DNA of 64,000 nt from Actinomycetota bacterium (GCA_046262355.1 JBHEMX010000092.1:677-64676); one strand, 5' to 3'. Positions 36,303-46,243 are shown, numbered from the stretch's first letter. Made by a program: numbers and translations. Notes: generated by a model from the letters alone, not told the origin.

Positions 36303-36701
36303 ATGACGATGACCGACCCCATCGCCGACATGCTTGCTCGCATCCGCAACGCGACGACCGCGGCGCACGACGACGTGTTGATCCCGGCGTCGAAGATCAA
36401 GGAGAGCATCGCGCGCATACTTGTCGATGAGGGCTTCGTCGACTCCTACGAGGTCGTCGACGAGACGCCGCATGCTGCGATCAAGGTGAAGTTGCGTTAT
36501 GACGAAGAGCGTGAGTCGGCGATCGCGGGGATCCGCCGAGTCTCCAAGCCGGGTCGGCGGGTGTACCGAGGGGCGACCGATCTGCCGCGCGTGCTCGGCG
36601 GGCTCGGCGTCGCGATCATCTCGACGTCCCAGGGGCTCATGACGGACAAGCAGGCGAGGCGCGCCCGGGTCGGTGGCGAGATCCTCGCGTACGTGTGGTG
36701 A
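36303..36701 (+). CDS. rpsH: 30S ribosomal protein S8
   Basis: [17 protein letters not shown]...GGEILAYVW. Confidence 0.98.
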   Translation: MTMTDPIADMLARIRNATTAAHDDVLIPASKIKESIARILVDEGFVDSYEVVDETPHAAIKVKLRYDEERESAIAGIRRVSKPGRRVYRGATDLPRVLGGLGVAIISTSQGLMTDKQARRARVGGEILAYVW

Positions 36702-36735
36702 TCGGCGTGCAGGCAGTTTCCTCGGAGGTCGTGAG

Positions 36736-37272
36736 ATGTCTCGCATAGGACAGAGCCCGGTTGCGGTTCCTTCGGCGGTTGAGGTCGACATCGCGCGCCA
36801 CCACATCACCGTGAAGGGTCCGAGGGGAGAGCTCGAACGCGACATCCCGAAGGGGATCAGCGTCGAACGCACCGACGGCGAGCTGCGCGTCGTTCGCCGC
36901 GGCGATGAACGCCAGGTGCGGGCCCTGCATGGGCTCATGCGTTCGCTGATCGCGAACATGGTCCAGGGTGTCACGGACGGTTATCAGAAGACGCTCGAGA
37001 TCCAGGGAGTCGGGTACCGTGCGCAGAAGCGCGGCAACGACCTCGAGCTGGCGGTCGGCTACTCGCACTCCGTGACCAAGCCGGCGCCCGCGGGCATCGA
37101 GTTCGACGTACCGACCCCGACGAGAATCGTCGTGCGGGGCATCGACAAGGAGCTCGTCGGCCAGACCGCCGCCGAGATCCGGTCGATCCGCAAGCCGGAG
37201 CCGTACAAGGGCAAGGGCATCCGCTACGAGGGCGAGCACGTTCGACGCAAGGGCGGCAAGGCCGCGAAGTGA
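36736..37272 (+). CDS. rplF: 50S ribosomal protein L6
   Basis: ATG 36736, [19 protein letters not shown]...[10 protein letters not shown]. Confidence 0.97.
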   Translation: MSRIGQSPVAVPSAVEVDIARHHITVKGPRGELERDIPKGISVERTDGELRVVRRGDERQVRALHGLMRSLIANMVQGVTDGYQKTLEIQGVGYRAQKRGNDLELAVGYSHSVTKPAPAGIEFDVPTPTRIVVRGIDKELVGQTAAEIRSIRKPEPYKGKGIRYEGEHVRRKGGKAAK

Positions 37273-37297
37273 CGAGAGAGGGAAGGCAAGAGACGCC

Positions 37298-37654
37298 GTG
37301 AAGGCCGAAGAGAAGGTGCGGGGAAGAAGCAGGCGGCATCGCCGCGTGCGCAAGAAGATATTCGGCGTCGCCGAGCGTCCCCGGCTCGCGGTCTACCGCT
37401 CCAACCGTCATGTCTACGCTCAGCTGATCGACGACGCGGCGGGCAGGACGCTCGCGTCGGCGTCGACGTTGAAGGACGCGGCCTCGAGCGACGGAAGCCC
37501 CAAGGAGAGAGCCAAGGCCGTCGGCTCCGCGCTCGCGAGCCGGGCCAAGGACGCCGGCATCAGCGAGGCGATATTCGACCGCGGCGGGTTCCGGTTCCAC
37601 GGTCGTGTGAAGGCGATCGCAGACGGGGCCCGTGAGGGCGGGCTTAGGTTCTAG
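37298..37654 (+). CDS. rplR: 50S ribosomal protein L18
   Basis: [34 protein letters not shown]...AREGGLRF. Confidence 0.97.
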   Translation: MKAEEKVRGRSRRHRRVRKKIFGVAERPRLAVYRSNRHVYAQLIDDAAGRTLASASTLKDAASSDGSPKERAKAVGSALASRAKDAGISEAIFDRGGFRFHGRVKAIADGAREGGLRF

Positions 37655-37665
37655 GAAGGGACTCG

Positions 37666-38223
37666 ATGACACGAACGCCACGGGGTGGTCGCGGAGGACG
37701 AGACGACGACCGCTCGCAGTACGAGGAGAGGGTCGTCTCGATCAACCGCGTCGCCAAGGTGGTCAAGGGCGGGCGCCGCTTCTCGTTCACCGCGCTCGTG
37801 GTGGTCGGCGACGGCGCCGGGCAGGTCGGGGTCGGCTACGGCAAGGCGCGCGAGGTCCCGGCTGCGATCCAGAAAGGCATCGAGGACGCCAAGCGCAACT
37901 TCTTTAGGGTCCCCATGATCGGTCAGACGATCATCCACGAGATCATCGGCGAGGACTCGGCTGCCGTCGTGCTGCTCAAGCCCGCTTCCCCCGGTACAGG
38001 GGTCATCGCCGGCGGACCCGTGCGCGCGGTCGTCGAGTGCGCCGGCATCCGGGACATCCTTTCGAAGTCGCTGGGGTCCGACAACCCCATCAACATCGTG
38101 CATGCGACCGTGAAGGGCCTCAAAGGGATCAAGACCGCAGAGCAGATCGCCAAGCGGCGCCGCAAGACGCCGGCGGAGGTTGCGCCGTCCTACCTCCTCG
38201 ATGGAGCAGGGGCGGGCAAGTGA
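37666..38223 (+). CDS. rpsE: 30S ribosomal protein S5
   Basis: [29 protein letters not shown]. Confidence 0.97.
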   Translation: MTRTPRGGRGGRDDDRSQYEERVVSINRVAKVVKGGRRFSFTALVVVGDGAGQVGVGYGKAREVPAAIQKGIEDAKRNFFRVPMIGQTIIHEIIGEDSAAVVLLKPASPGTGVIAGGPVRAVVECAGIRDILSKSLGSDNPINIVHATVKGLKGIKTAEQIAKRRRKTPAEVAPSYLLDGAGAGK

Positions 38224-38248
38224 TCGAAGTATCAAGGACGGGTTCGCT

Positions 38249-38434
38249 ATGGCGAAGGTGAAGGTGACACAGGTGCGGTCCGCCCTCGACCGGGGCGCCA
38301 AGCAGCGCGGAACGATGCGCGCGCTCGGCATCAAGCGCTTGGGCCAGTCGGTCGTGCACGAGGACCGGCCGGAGATCAGAGGCATGATCCGCGCCGTGCG
38401 CCACCTCGTCGACGTAGAGGAGATGGCGGGATGA
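38249..38434 (+). CDS. rpmD: 50S ribosomal protein L30
   Basis: ATG 38249, MAKVKVTQVRSALDRGAKQRGTMRALGIKRLGQ. Confidence 0.95.
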   Translation: MAKVKVTQVRSALDRGAKQRGTMRALGIKRLGQSVVHEDRPEIRGMIRAVRHLVDVEEMAG

Positions 38435-38892
38435 AGCCACACGAGCTGAGACCGGCTGAGGGCTCGCACAAGCGGGGCAAGCGGGTGGGACGAGGAGAGG
38501 GTTCTGGGCGCGGCAAGACGGCCGGGCGCGGGACCAAGGGCACCAACGCGCGCGGCAGCGTCAAGGCGTTCTTCGAGGGCGGGCAGATGCCTCTCGTGCG
38601 GCGCGTTCCCAAACTCAAGGGGTTCAACCCGCCGAGCCGCAAGAGCTACGGAGCCGTAAACGTCGAAGCTCTCGCGCGCAACCAAGGCGACGATATCGGT
38701 CCCGACGAACTGAGAACGGCCGGCCTCGTGCGAAAGCGCGACAAGCTCGTGAAGATCCTCGGTTCCGGCCGGATCGACCGCTCCGTCACGGTGCGCGCAC
38801 ACGCCTTCAGTGGATCGGCGCGCGCCAAGATCGAGGCGGCCGGCGGAACGGCAGAGGTCATCTCGCTCGAGCAGAGTGAGGGCGCCCGGTGA
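38431..38892 (+). CDS. rplO: 50S ribosomal protein L15
   Basis: MKPHELRPAEGSHKRGKRVGRGEGSGRGKTAGRGTKG. ATGA overlap. Confidence 0.97.
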   Translation: MKPHELRPAEGSHKRGKRVGRGEGSGRGKTAGRGTKGTNARGSVKAFFEGGQMPLVRRVPKLKGFNPPSRKSYGAVNVEALARNQGDDIGPDELRTAGLVRKRDKLVKILGSGRIDRSVTVRAHAFSGSARAKIEAAGGTAEVISLEQSEGAR

Positions 38893-40178
38893 ATCTGATC
38901 AAGGCGTTCGGCAACGCCTTCCGGGTTCCGGACCTGCGCAAGAAGATCCTCTTCACGCTGCTGATCATCGCGGTCTATCGTCTCGGGTCCCACATCCCGG
39001 CTCCTGGGATCGACGTCGAGGCGGCACAGCGCTTCGCCGCGGGGGCCCAGAGTGGCGTGTTCCAGTTCATCAACCTGTTCTCGGGCGGGGCGCTCACGCA
39101 GATGGCGATATTCGCGCTCGGCATCATGCCCTACATCACGTCCTCCATCATCATGCAGCTGCTGACCGTGGTGATACCGAAGCTCGAGGCGTGGTCCAAG
39201 GAAGGCGAGAGCGGCCACAAGAAGATCACGCAGTGGACCCGCTATCTCACCGTGGTGCTGGCGATCCTGCAGTCGACCGGCCTCGCGTTCCTGTTCCACA
39301 ACGGGCAGATCACGGATCCGCAGGGCCAGCCCGTCGACCTCATCCCGAACTTCAACCTCGGTTACATAGCGCTCGTGGTCATCTCGCTGACCGCGGGAAC
39401 TGCGTTGATCATGTGGCTGGGCGAGCTCGTAACGCAACGCGGCATCGGCAACGGCATGTCGATCATCATCTTTACGTCGATCGTGTCCACGCTGCCGAGC
39501 GAGGGCGATCTGATCTTGCGCCAGAAGGGCCTGGGGGTCTTCCTCATCGTCCTCGCGATGGGCATCGGGATCGTGTTCGCGATCGTCTACATGGAACAAG
39601 GCCAGCGCCGGATCCCGGTGCAGTACGCGAAGCGCGTGGTCGGGCGGCGCATGTACGGTGGCTCGTCGACGTACATCCCGCTCAAGGTCAACCAGGCCGG
39701 AGTGATCCCCATCATCTTCGCGTCGAGCGTGCTCTACATCCCGAGCCTGCTCCAGAACGTGATCCACAACGACACGATCCAGGGCATCTTCGACGCGCTC
39801 GTTGACTCCTCGAGCGCGATCCACATGATCTTGTACGGGACGCTGGTCGTCTTCTTTACGTACTTCTACACGGCGATCACGTTCAACCCCACCGACGTCG
39901 CCGACAACATGAAGAAGTACGGCGGGTTCATCCCGGGCATCCGTCCGGGACGTCAGACCGCCGAGTATCTCGACCGCATCCTCACGCGCATCACTCTTCC
40001 GGGGGCGCTGTTCATCGCCGCCATCGCGCTGTTACCGTCGGTGTTCCTGGCGACCCAGGACCTCAGCATCCCGTTCGGCGGCACATCGATCCTCATCACC
40101 GTGGGGGTCACGCTCGAGACGATGAAGCAGATCGAGTCGCAGCTGATGATGCGCCACTACGAAGGCTTCCTTAAGTGA
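38889..40178 (+). CDS. secY: preprotein translocase subunit SecY
   Basis: 429 aa, 10 TM. LFTLLIIAVYRLGSHIPAPGID, GIMPYITSSIIMQLL. GTGA overlap with rplO. Confidence 0.98.
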   Translation: MNLIKAFGNAFRVPDLRKKILFTLLIIAVYRLGSHIPAPGIDVEAAQRFAAGAQSGVFQFINLFSGGALTQMAIFALGIMPYITSSIIMQLLTVVIPKLEAWSKEGESGHKKITQWTRYLTVVLAILQSTGLAFLFHNGQITDPQGQPVDLIPNFNLGYIALVVISLTAGTALIMWLGELVTQRGIGNGMSIIIFTSIVSTLPSEGDLILRQKGLGVFLIVLAMGIGIVFAIVYMEQGQRRIPVQYAKRVVGRRMYGGSSTYIPLKVNQAGVIPIIFASSVLYIPSLLQNVIHNDTIQGIFDALVDSSSAIHMILYGTLVVFFTYFYTAITFNPTDVADNMKKYGGFIPGIRPGRQTAEYLDRILTRITLPGALFIAAIALLPSVFLATQDLSIPFGGTSILITVGVTLETMKQIESQLMMRHYEGFLK

Positions 40179-40816
40179 TGAGGCTGGTCATCCTGGGACC
40201 ACAGGGCGCCGGGAAGGGCACCCAGAGCTTGCGCATAGCCGAGAAGTACGACATCCCCAGCATCTCGACGGGTGAGATGTTTCGCTGGGCGATCTCCACC
40301 GAGACCGAGATGGGTCAGGAGGCACAGGAGTACGTCAAGAGGGGCCGCCTGGTGCCCAACGACGTCACGATCGAGGTCGTGCGCGAACGTCTCGAGGCCG
40401 ATGATTGCGAGCAGGGATTCCTGCTCGACGGCTTCCCCCGCAACCTCGCTCAGGCGGAGGCGCTCGACGAGATCCTCGCGGACCAGGGCTTTGAGCTCGA
40501 CGCCGCGCTCGTCATCGAGGTCCCCGAGGAGGTCTCGTTGCGGCGTCTCACCGGGCGCCGCGTGTGCTCGCGCTGCGGGCGCAACTACAGCGTCGGGTCT
40601 CCGCCGACGAAGGACTGGGTCTGCGACCGCTGCGAGGGGAAGGTCGAGGCGCGCATCGACGATCAGGACGAGGAAGCGATACGCGAGCGCCTCAAGCTGT
40701 ATCACGAGCAGACCGAGCCGCTCAAGGAGTACTACGAGAGCCGCGGCAAGCTGCGCACCGTGTCCGGCGAGGCCTCGCCGGACACGGTCTTCGACCAGAT
40801 AGTCGAGGCATTGTGA
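40178..40816 (+). CDS. adk: adenylate kinase (zinc-lid type)
   Basis: MRLVILGPQGAGKGTQ. Lid CSRCGRNY...CDRCEG. GTG 40175 is an alternative start. Confidence 0.96.
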   Translation: MRLVILGPQGAGKGTQSLRIAEKYDIPSISTGEMFRWAISTETEMGQEAQEYVKRGRLVPNDVTIEVVRERLEADDCEQGFLLDGFPRNLAQAEALDEILADQGFELDAALVIEVPEEVSLRRLTGRRVCSRCGRNYSVGSPPTKDWVCDRCEGKVEARIDDQDEEAIRERLKLYHEQTEPLKEYYESRGKLRTVSGEASPDTVFDQIVEAL

Positions 40817-40892
40817 GCGCGGCGAGCACCGAGTGGGCGAGAGGTTGCCGTAAGCCGGATCTGGCACCCATCACTCGAGCCGGGGGAAGGAC

Positions 40893-41648
40893 GTGATCTA
40901 CAAGAAGTCGGCCGACGAGGTCGCGGCCATGCGGCGCGCCGGACGCATCGTGGCCGACACGCTCAACCGGCTCGAGGACGCGCTGCGCCCGGGCGTGACC
41001 ACGATCGAGCTCGATCGCCTCGCCGAGGACTCGATCACCTCCGCCGGTGGCCGGCCCTCGTTCAAGGGCTACCGTGGCTTCCCCGCGTCGATCTGCACCT
41101 CGCCGAACGACGTCATCGTGCACGGCATCCCCGGCGACGACGCGTTGAACGAGGGCGACATCGTGGCGCTCGACGTCGGCGTGTTCCTCGACGGCTTCCA
41201 CGCGGACTCGGCGTGGACCTTCCCGGTGGGCCAGGTCGAGGCCGGGACGGCCGAGCTGCTGAAGGTGACCGAGGCGGCGCTCGACGGAGCCATCATGCAG
41301 TGCAAGCCAGGCAACCGGCTGGGAGACGTCGGGCACGCGGTCTACGAGGTCGCCGCCACCGCCGGCTTCTCGGTGGTGAGGGAGTACGTTGGTCACGGGG
41401 TCGGCCGGGCCCTCCACGAGGACCCGCAGATACCCAACTACGGCCCGCCGGGACGACGAGAGGTGCTGAGCCCCGGCATGACGGTGGCGATCGAGCCGAT
41501 GGTCAACCTCGGGGGCGCGGCCACCAAGGTGATGCCGGACGGGTGGACCGTGCGCACCGCGGACGGACGGCCCTCCGCCCACTTCGAGCACACCGTCGCG
41601 ATCACGCGCACTGGTCACGAGGTCTTGACCGCCCGAGGGCCCCGCTGA
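40893..41648 (+). CDS. map: type I methionine aminopeptidase
   Basis: GYRGFPASICTSPNDVIVHGIP, DVGVFLDGFHADSAWTF, VREYVGHGVGRALHE, AIEPM, HFEHTV (metal ligands D, D, H, E, E). Confidence 0.96.
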   Translation: MIYKKSADEVAAMRRAGRIVADTLNRLEDALRPGVTTIELDRLAEDSITSAGGRPSFKGYRGFPASICTSPNDVIVHGIPGDDALNEGDIVALDVGVFLDGFHADSAWTFPVGQVEAGTAELLKVTEAALDGAIMQCKPGNRLGDVGHAVYEVAATAGFSVVREYVGHGVGRALHEDPQIPNYGPPGRREVLSPGMTVAIEPMVNLGGAATKVMPDGWTVRTADGRPSAHFEHTVAITRTGHEVLTARGPR

Positions 41649-41887
41649 ACAGCTCGAGGGCGCGCTGCGGCGCGCCGGGCGACCGCCGGGGCACCGCATA
41701 CCTGTGCGGGGCGGAACGAGCCGGCGGGCGGGCGCGTTGTCTCCGGTCGACGGCAGGACCGGTCCGGCAGCCCCGGTCTGTTATCCTGTCGCGTCGGGCT
41801 GGCCCCTAGTTGCGCGCGTCTTCAGAGGGCGCTCGGCATGGTCGCACGGGTCAACCATCGTTCACCATCTATAGAGGGACTTTGCGC

Positions 41888-42133
41888 GTGGCGAAGAACA
41901 AGGAGAAACAAGGGGCCCAGAAGGAGGAGGGCATCCAGATCGAGGGGTCGGTGCTCGAGACCCTTCCCAACGCCATGTTCAGGGTCGAGCTGGACAACGG
42001 CCACCAGGTCCTCGCACACATCTCCGGGAAGATGCGGATGCATTACATCCGGATCCTTCCGGGTGACCGGGTCCTCGTGGAGCTGTCGCCGTACGACCTC
42101 ACACGCGGCCGCGTGGTCTACCGCTACAAGTAG
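41888..42133 (+). CDS. infA: translation initiation factor IF-1
   Basis: GTG 41888. [47 protein letters not shown]. Confidence 0.95.
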   Translation: MAKNKEKQGAQKEEGIQIEGSVLETLPNAMFRVELDNGHQVLAHISGKMRMHYIRILPGDRVLVELSPYDLTRGRVVYRYK

Positions 42134-42139
42134 GAAGAG

Positions 42140-42253
42140 ATGAAGGTACGTCCAAGCGTCAAGACGATCTGCGACAAGTGCAAGGTGATCCGCCGCCGCG
42201 GCCGCGTCATGGTCATCTGCTCGAATCCACGCCACAAGCAGCGACAGGGATAG
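42140..42253 (+). CDS. rpmJ: 50S ribosomal protein L36
   Basis: Hand-translated 37 aa: [37 protein letters not shown]. Below the ORF-track cutoff. Confidence 0.95.
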   Translation: MKVRPSVKTICDKCKVIRRRGRVMVICSNPRHKQRQG

Positions 42254-42262
42254 GAGGGGGCC

Positions 42263-42646
42263 GTGGCTCGTATCGCCGGAGTCGATCTACCGCGCGACAA
42301 GCGTCTCGACATCGCGCTCACCTACATCTACGGATTGGGGCCGACGCGCTCGCTCGAGACGTGCGTCGGTTCGGGCGTCAACCCCTCGACGCGCGTGCGC
42401 GACCTCACCGACGAGGAGGTCGTTCGCATCCGAGAGTGGATCGGTGGCAGCTACCAGATCGAAGGGGATCTGAGACGCGACATCAACCAGAACATCAAGC
42501 GCAAGATCGACATCGGGAGCTACCAGGGCCTGAGGCATCGGCGCGGCTTGCCGGTGCACGGCCAGCGCACGCACACGAACGGGCGCACGCGCAAGGGCCC
42601 GAAGAGAACCGTGGCTGGGAAGAAGAAGGCGAAGGGCAAGAAGTAG
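42263..42646 (+). CDS. rpsM: 30S ribosomal protein S13
   Basis: [29 protein letters not shown] start after GGAGGGGG. Confidence 0.97.
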   Translation: MARIAGVDLPRDKRLDIALTYIYGLGPTRSLETCVGSGVNPSTRVRDLTDEEVVRIREWIGGSYQIEGDLRRDINQNIKRKIDIGSYQGLRHRRGLPVHGQRTHTNGRTRKGPKRTVAGKKKAKGKK

Positions 42647-42658
42647 GAAGGAACGTGG

Positions 42659-43054
42659 TTGGCTAATCCGAAGAAGAGCAAGAAGCCTCGCCGGCGAGAG
42701 AAGAAGAACATCGTCCACGGCGTGGCCCACATCAAGGCGACGTTCAACAACACGATCATCGCGATCACCGACACCGACGGCAACGTCCTGTCGTGGGCGT
42801 CCGCGGGCAACGTTGGCTTCAAGGGCTCCCGCAAGTCGACCCCTTTCGCGGCACAGCTCGCGGCCGAGGCCGCATCGCGCCGCGCGCAGGAGCACGGCGT
42901 GCGCCGCGTCGACGTGATGGTCAAGGGTCCGGGTTCCGGTCGAGAGACCGCGATCCGCTCCCTGCAGGCATCCGGGCTCGAGGTCATCGGCATCAAGGAC
43001 GTGACGCCGGTGCCCCACAACGGCTGCCGGCCACGGAAGCGGCGGCGCGTGTGA
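42659..43054 (+). CDS. rpsK: 30S ribosomal protein S11
   Basis: [27 protein letters not shown]...[16 protein letters not shown] start. Confidence 0.96.
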   Translation: MANPKKSKKPRRREKKNIVHGVAHIKATFNNTIIAITDTDGNVLSWASAGNVGFKGSRKSTPFAAQLAAEAASRRAQEHGVRRVDVMVKGPGSGRETAIRSLQASGLEVIGIKDVTPVPHNGCRPRKRRRV

Positions 43055-43077
43055 TGGGCCTCCCGCGTGTGATGGGC
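43046..43077. repeat. 14-nt perfect direct repeat (period 18) duplicating the rpsK stop region
   Basis: CGCGTGTGATGGGC at 43046-43059 and 43064-43077. It creates a second in-frame TGA at 43070-43072. Confidence 0.9.
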
Positions 43078-43103
43078 TCTTCACAACGCCGGGCGGTGCG
43101 TTA

Positions 43104-43730
43104 GTGGCGCGCTACACCGGCCCCGTCTGCAGACTCTGCCGGCGCGAGAAGACCAAGCTGTTCCTCAAGGGGACGCGCTGCGAATCGCCGAAGTGCCCGA
43201 TCGAGAAGGGCAGGCCGCCTCCCGGCGAGCACGGTCGCGGGCGCGTGCGCGAGAGCGAGTACCTGTTACAGCTGCGCGAGAAGCAGAAGGCCAAGCGCTT
43301 TTATGGAGTGCTCGAGAAGCAGTTCCGCGGCTACTACGAGGAGGCCGCGCGCTCCAAGGGTGTGACGGGCGAGGAGCTCATGAGGATCTGCGAGTCGCGA
43401 CTCGACAACGTCGTGTATCGCGCCGGCTTCTCGATGAATCGTCCGATGGCGCGCCAGCTCGTGTCTCACGGCCACTTCGAGGTCAACGGCCACAAGGTCA
43501 ACGTTCCGTCGTACCGGGTCAAGCCGGGAGATATCCTGAAGGTCCGCGGCCGTTCGCGCAAGATGGGACGGATCATCGAGAACACGTCCTACGCGGCGGG
43601 GCGCGAGATCCCGGGATGGCTCGACTCCGACCTCAGAGAGATGACCGCTCAGGTGCGCGCCCTGCCCGAACGCAACCAGATGGACGTTCCGGTGCAGGAG
43701 CAACTCATAGTCGAGTACTACTCGAAGTAG
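43104..43730 (+). CDS. rpsD: 30S ribosomal protein S4
   Basis: [23 protein letters not shown]...; GTG start. Confidence 0.97.
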   Translation: MARYTGPVCRLCRREKTKLFLKGTRCESPKCPIEKGRPPPGEHGRGRVRESEYLLQLREKQKAKRFYGVLEKQFRGYYEEAARSKGVTGEELMRICESRLDNVVYRAGFSMNRPMARQLVSHGHFEVNGHKVNVPSYRVKPGDILKVRGRSRKMGRIIENTSYAAGREIPGWLDSDLREMTAQVRALPERNQMDVPVQEQLIVEYYSK

Positions 43731-43762
43731 TCGGGCGAGGGAGCCCGGCAGGAGGGAAGTTC

Positions 43763-44701
43763 ATGAACCTACTTATCGTTCAGCGCCCGGAGATCGAGGA
43801 GCAGCGGATCAACGATATCCGCAGCAAGTTCATCATCGAGCCGCTGGAGCCCGGCTTCGGCTACACGCTGGGGAACTCGCTGCGACGCACGCTGCTGTCG
43901 TCGATCCCGGGTGCTGCCATCAAGCAGATAAAGATCGACGGCGTGCTGCACGAGTTCGGCACGATCAACGGCGTCACCGAAGACGTCACCGACATCGTGT
44001 TGAACCTCAAGGAGCTCGTTATCAGGAGCGAGAGCGAGGAGCCGACCAACGTGCATCTGCGCGTGACCGGCCCCGCGGAGGTGACCGCCGGGGACATCGA
44101 GCTGCCGGCGGGCGTCGAGATCCTCAATCCCGACCATCACCTTGCGACGCTCAACAGGAACGCGGGGCTGTCGATGGAGCTCGTGATCCAGCAGGGCCGC
44201 GGCTACGTCGCGGCGACGACGGCTGCCAAGGAGGCGATCGGGACGATCCCGATCGATGCGCTGTTCTCGCCGGTGAAGAGAGTGACCTACGAGGTCGAGC
44301 CGACGCGCGTCGAGCAGATGACGAACTACGACCGGCTCATCCTCGACGTCGAGACCGACGGCTCCATCACCGCGTCGGACGCGGTGTCGGCCGCCGGTTC
44401 GACGCTGGTCAACCTCTTCGAGCTCTTCTCGGTCCTCGGCGAGGGTGAGGGCCTCATGCCGGGGCCCGAGATCGGCCAGGACGAGCAGTCCGGCGAGCTC
44501 GCCAAGCCGATCGAGGACCTCGATCTCACCGTGCGGTCCTACAACTGCCTGAAGCGAGAGGGCATCACGACCGTCGGCGAGCTCATGGAGAAGTCCGAGG
44601 AGGACCTGCTCGAGATCCGTAACTTCGGTCAGAAATCGATAGACGAGGTCAAGGCCAAGCTCGAGGAGATGGGCCTCGACCTCAAGCGCAAGGAGTTCTA
44701 G
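43763..44701 (+). CDS. rpoA: DNA-directed RNA polymerase subunit alpha
   Basis: ATG 43763. [32 protein letters not shown]-terminal [22 protein letters not shown]. Confidence 0.98.
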   Translation: MNLLIVQRPEIEEQRINDIRSKFIIEPLEPGFGYTLGNSLRRTLLSSIPGAAIKQIKIDGVLHEFGTINGVTEDVTDIVLNLKELVIRSESEEPTNVHLRVTGPAEVTAGDIELPAGVEILNPDHHLATLNRNAGLSMELVIQQGRGYVAATTAAKEAIGTIPIDALFSPVKRVTYEVEPTRVEQMTNYDRLILDVETDGSITASDAVSAAGSTLVNLFELFSVLGEGEGLMPGPEIGQDEQSGELAKPIEDLDLTVRSYNCLKREGITTVGELMEKSEEDLLEIRNFGQKSIDEVKAKLEEMGLDLKRKEF

Positions 44702-44764
44702 TGCCGGTTGCGCTGTGGGTATCGTCTTTCGCTACCGACGGCGCGGTCGCCGTGGAGGCCTGAC

Positions 44765-45397
44765 ATGCCGCAGCCGAAGAGGGGGCCGTCGCTCGGCTCC
44801 AACCCGTCGCACCAGCGGCTGATGGTGCGAAACCTCGCGCGCTCCCTGTTCGAGCACGAGCGCATCAAGACCACCGAGGCCAAGGCCAAGCTGCTGCGCC
44901 CCTTCGCCGAGCGTCTCATCACCAAGGCGAAGAAGGGCTCGCTGCACGACCGCCGGCAGGTCCTGTCGCTCATCGAGGACCGCGCCGTCGTGCACAAGCT
45001 CTTCGCCGACATCGGCCCCCGGTTCTCGACCCGCAACGGCGGCTACACCCGCATCCTCAAGATCGGCCCGCGCAACGGCGACGCGGCTCCCATGGCCCTC
45101 GTCGAGCTCGTCGAGGCGGGGGCTCGAGCGAGCGGGGCCGGCGCAACGACTGAGGAAACGAGACGCCGCCGCCTCAGGCGCCCCGGCCGCCGAGGGGTTG
45201 CCCGAGGACAAGCCTGCTCGCTCGCGCGCCGCGGAGGCGGGCGCGGCGGGAACTCCCCCCGACGAGGAGCCGGTCGCGAGCGACGAGGGCCCGGTCACCG
45301 AGGACCAGGCCCCGGCCGAGGGCAACGTCGCCTCCGGAACGCCGGATGCGGGTCCCGAGGGCGAGGGCTCGTCGGGAGCCGGCGGCGCGCCGGGTAG
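44765..45397 (+). CDS. rplQ: 50S ribosomal protein L17; annotated reading frame of the C-terminal tail is doubtful
   Basis: ATG 44765, [56 protein letters not shown]...[25 protein letters not shown]. After about 45150 the +1 frame (ending TGA 45408-45410) looks more protein-like; see findings. Confidence 0.9.
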   Translation: MPQPKRGPSLGSNPSHQRLMVRNLARSLFEHERIKTTEAKAKLLRPFAERLITKAKKGSLHDRRQVLSLIEDRAVVHKLFADIGPRFSTRNGGYTRILKIGPRNGDAAPMALVELVEAGARASGAGATTEETRRRRLRRPGRRGVARGQACSLARRGGGRGGNSPRRGAGRERRGPGHRGPGPGRGQRRLRNAGCGSRGRGLVGSRRRAG

Positions 45398-45406
45398 GGG
45401 AGGCGG

Positions 45407-46186
45407 CTGAACCTCCGAATCGACCTCGCCTACGACGGGACGCCGTTCCACGGCTTCGCCAGGCAGCCGGGGATTCGAACGATCCAGGGAGAGATCGAGT
45501 CCGCTCTCGCCCGCCTGTTCGCCCGGCCGGTGACGACCGCCTGCGCGGGACGTACCGACGCCGGCGTCCACGCCCTCGCGCAGGTCATGACCACGACCGA
45601 CGCGCCCGACGACATCGACCTGGAACGACTGCGGCACGCGCTCAACGGGATGTGCGGCCCGGCCATCGCCGTCGCCGGATGCCGGAGCGCGCCCGACGGC
45701 TTCCATGCTCGCTTCAGCGTCCGCTCGCGCACGTACGTCTATGCGGTGCTCGAAGGCGACGTGCCCGACCCGTTCCTAGCGCACACGGCGCTTCGCCACC
45801 CGCCTCCTCTGGACGTCGATGCGATGAACGAGGCGGCCGGCCACCTCGTGGGCCCACACGACTTCAGCTCGTTCGGACGCGTGACCGAGCCGGACGCCTC
45901 GCCCGAGCGCACGCTGTTCGAGCTGCGCTGCGCGCGCACCGGCCGGCTCATACGGGTCCGCGCGCGCGCCAACGCGTTCATCCAGCAGATGGTTCGGTCG
46001 CTCGTGGGGACGTTGCTCGAGGTCGGCGTGGGGCGGCGCTCTCCCGACGAGATGCCCACGACCTTGCGGGCGAGAGACCGCGCCGCGGCCGGGCGTGTGG
46101 CTCCCGCTCACGGCCTCTGCCTCGTTGCCGTTGAGTACGACGAGGGCTGGAGCGCTCCCCCCGTGCTCGACGGAGACGGCGTTTGA
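45407..46186 (+). CDS. truA: tRNA pseudouridine(38-40) synthase TruA, probable non-canonical CTG start
   Basis: LNLRIDLAYDGTPFHGFARQPGIRTIQGEIE...CAGRTDAGVHA (catalytic Asp). An in-frame TAG at 45395-45397 blocks any upstream start. The first canonical start (GTG 45530) would delete the conserved N-terminus. Confidence 0.8.
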   Translation: MNLRIDLAYDGTPFHGFARQPGIRTIQGEIESALARLFARPVTTACAGRTDAGVHALAQVMTTTDAPDDIDLERLRHALNGMCGPAIAVAGCRSAPDGFHARFSVRSRTYVYAVLEGDVPDPFLAHTALRHPPPLDVDAMNEAAGHLVGPHDFSSFGRVTEPDASPERTLFELRCARTGRLIRVRARANAFIQQMVRSLVGTLLEVGVGRRSPDEMPTTLRARDRAAAGRVAPAHGLCLVAVEYDEGWSAPPVLDGDGV

Positions 46187-46211
46187 CCAGGTCAAACGCG
46201 GCTTGTATCCT
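46183..46211 (+). promoter_or_regulatory. putative sigma-A promoter for rplM-rpsI, with its -35 element embedded in a 15-bp perfect palindrome
   Basis: TTGACC (46183-46188), 17-nt spacer, TATCCT (46206-46211). Palindrome TTTGACC-A-GGTCAAA at 46182-46196. Confidence 0.5.
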
Positions 46212-46217
46212 GCCTCG

Positions 46218-46243
46218 ACGGCCGGAGCTCCGGCCGTTCTTTG
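46218..46243 (+). terminator. 20-nt perfect palindrome hairpin plus T-rich tail (truA terminator and/or rplM leader attenuator)
   Basis: ACGGCCGGAGCTCCGGCCGT (46218-46237) followed by TCTTTG. Confidence 0.5.

Noticed and set aside
41649-41887. Possible structured RNA or promoter in the map-infA spacer
   Set aside because: I found only weak 5-bp hairpins and no convincing -35/-10 pair or conserved motif, so there is not enough evidence to report.
45198-45410. Independent 70-aa acidic ORF overlapping the rplQ tail
   Set aside because: It has no spaced Shine-Dalgarno before its TTG, and its frame is open well upstream of that TTG. It is better explained as the true continuation of L17 after a frame change (reported as a finding).
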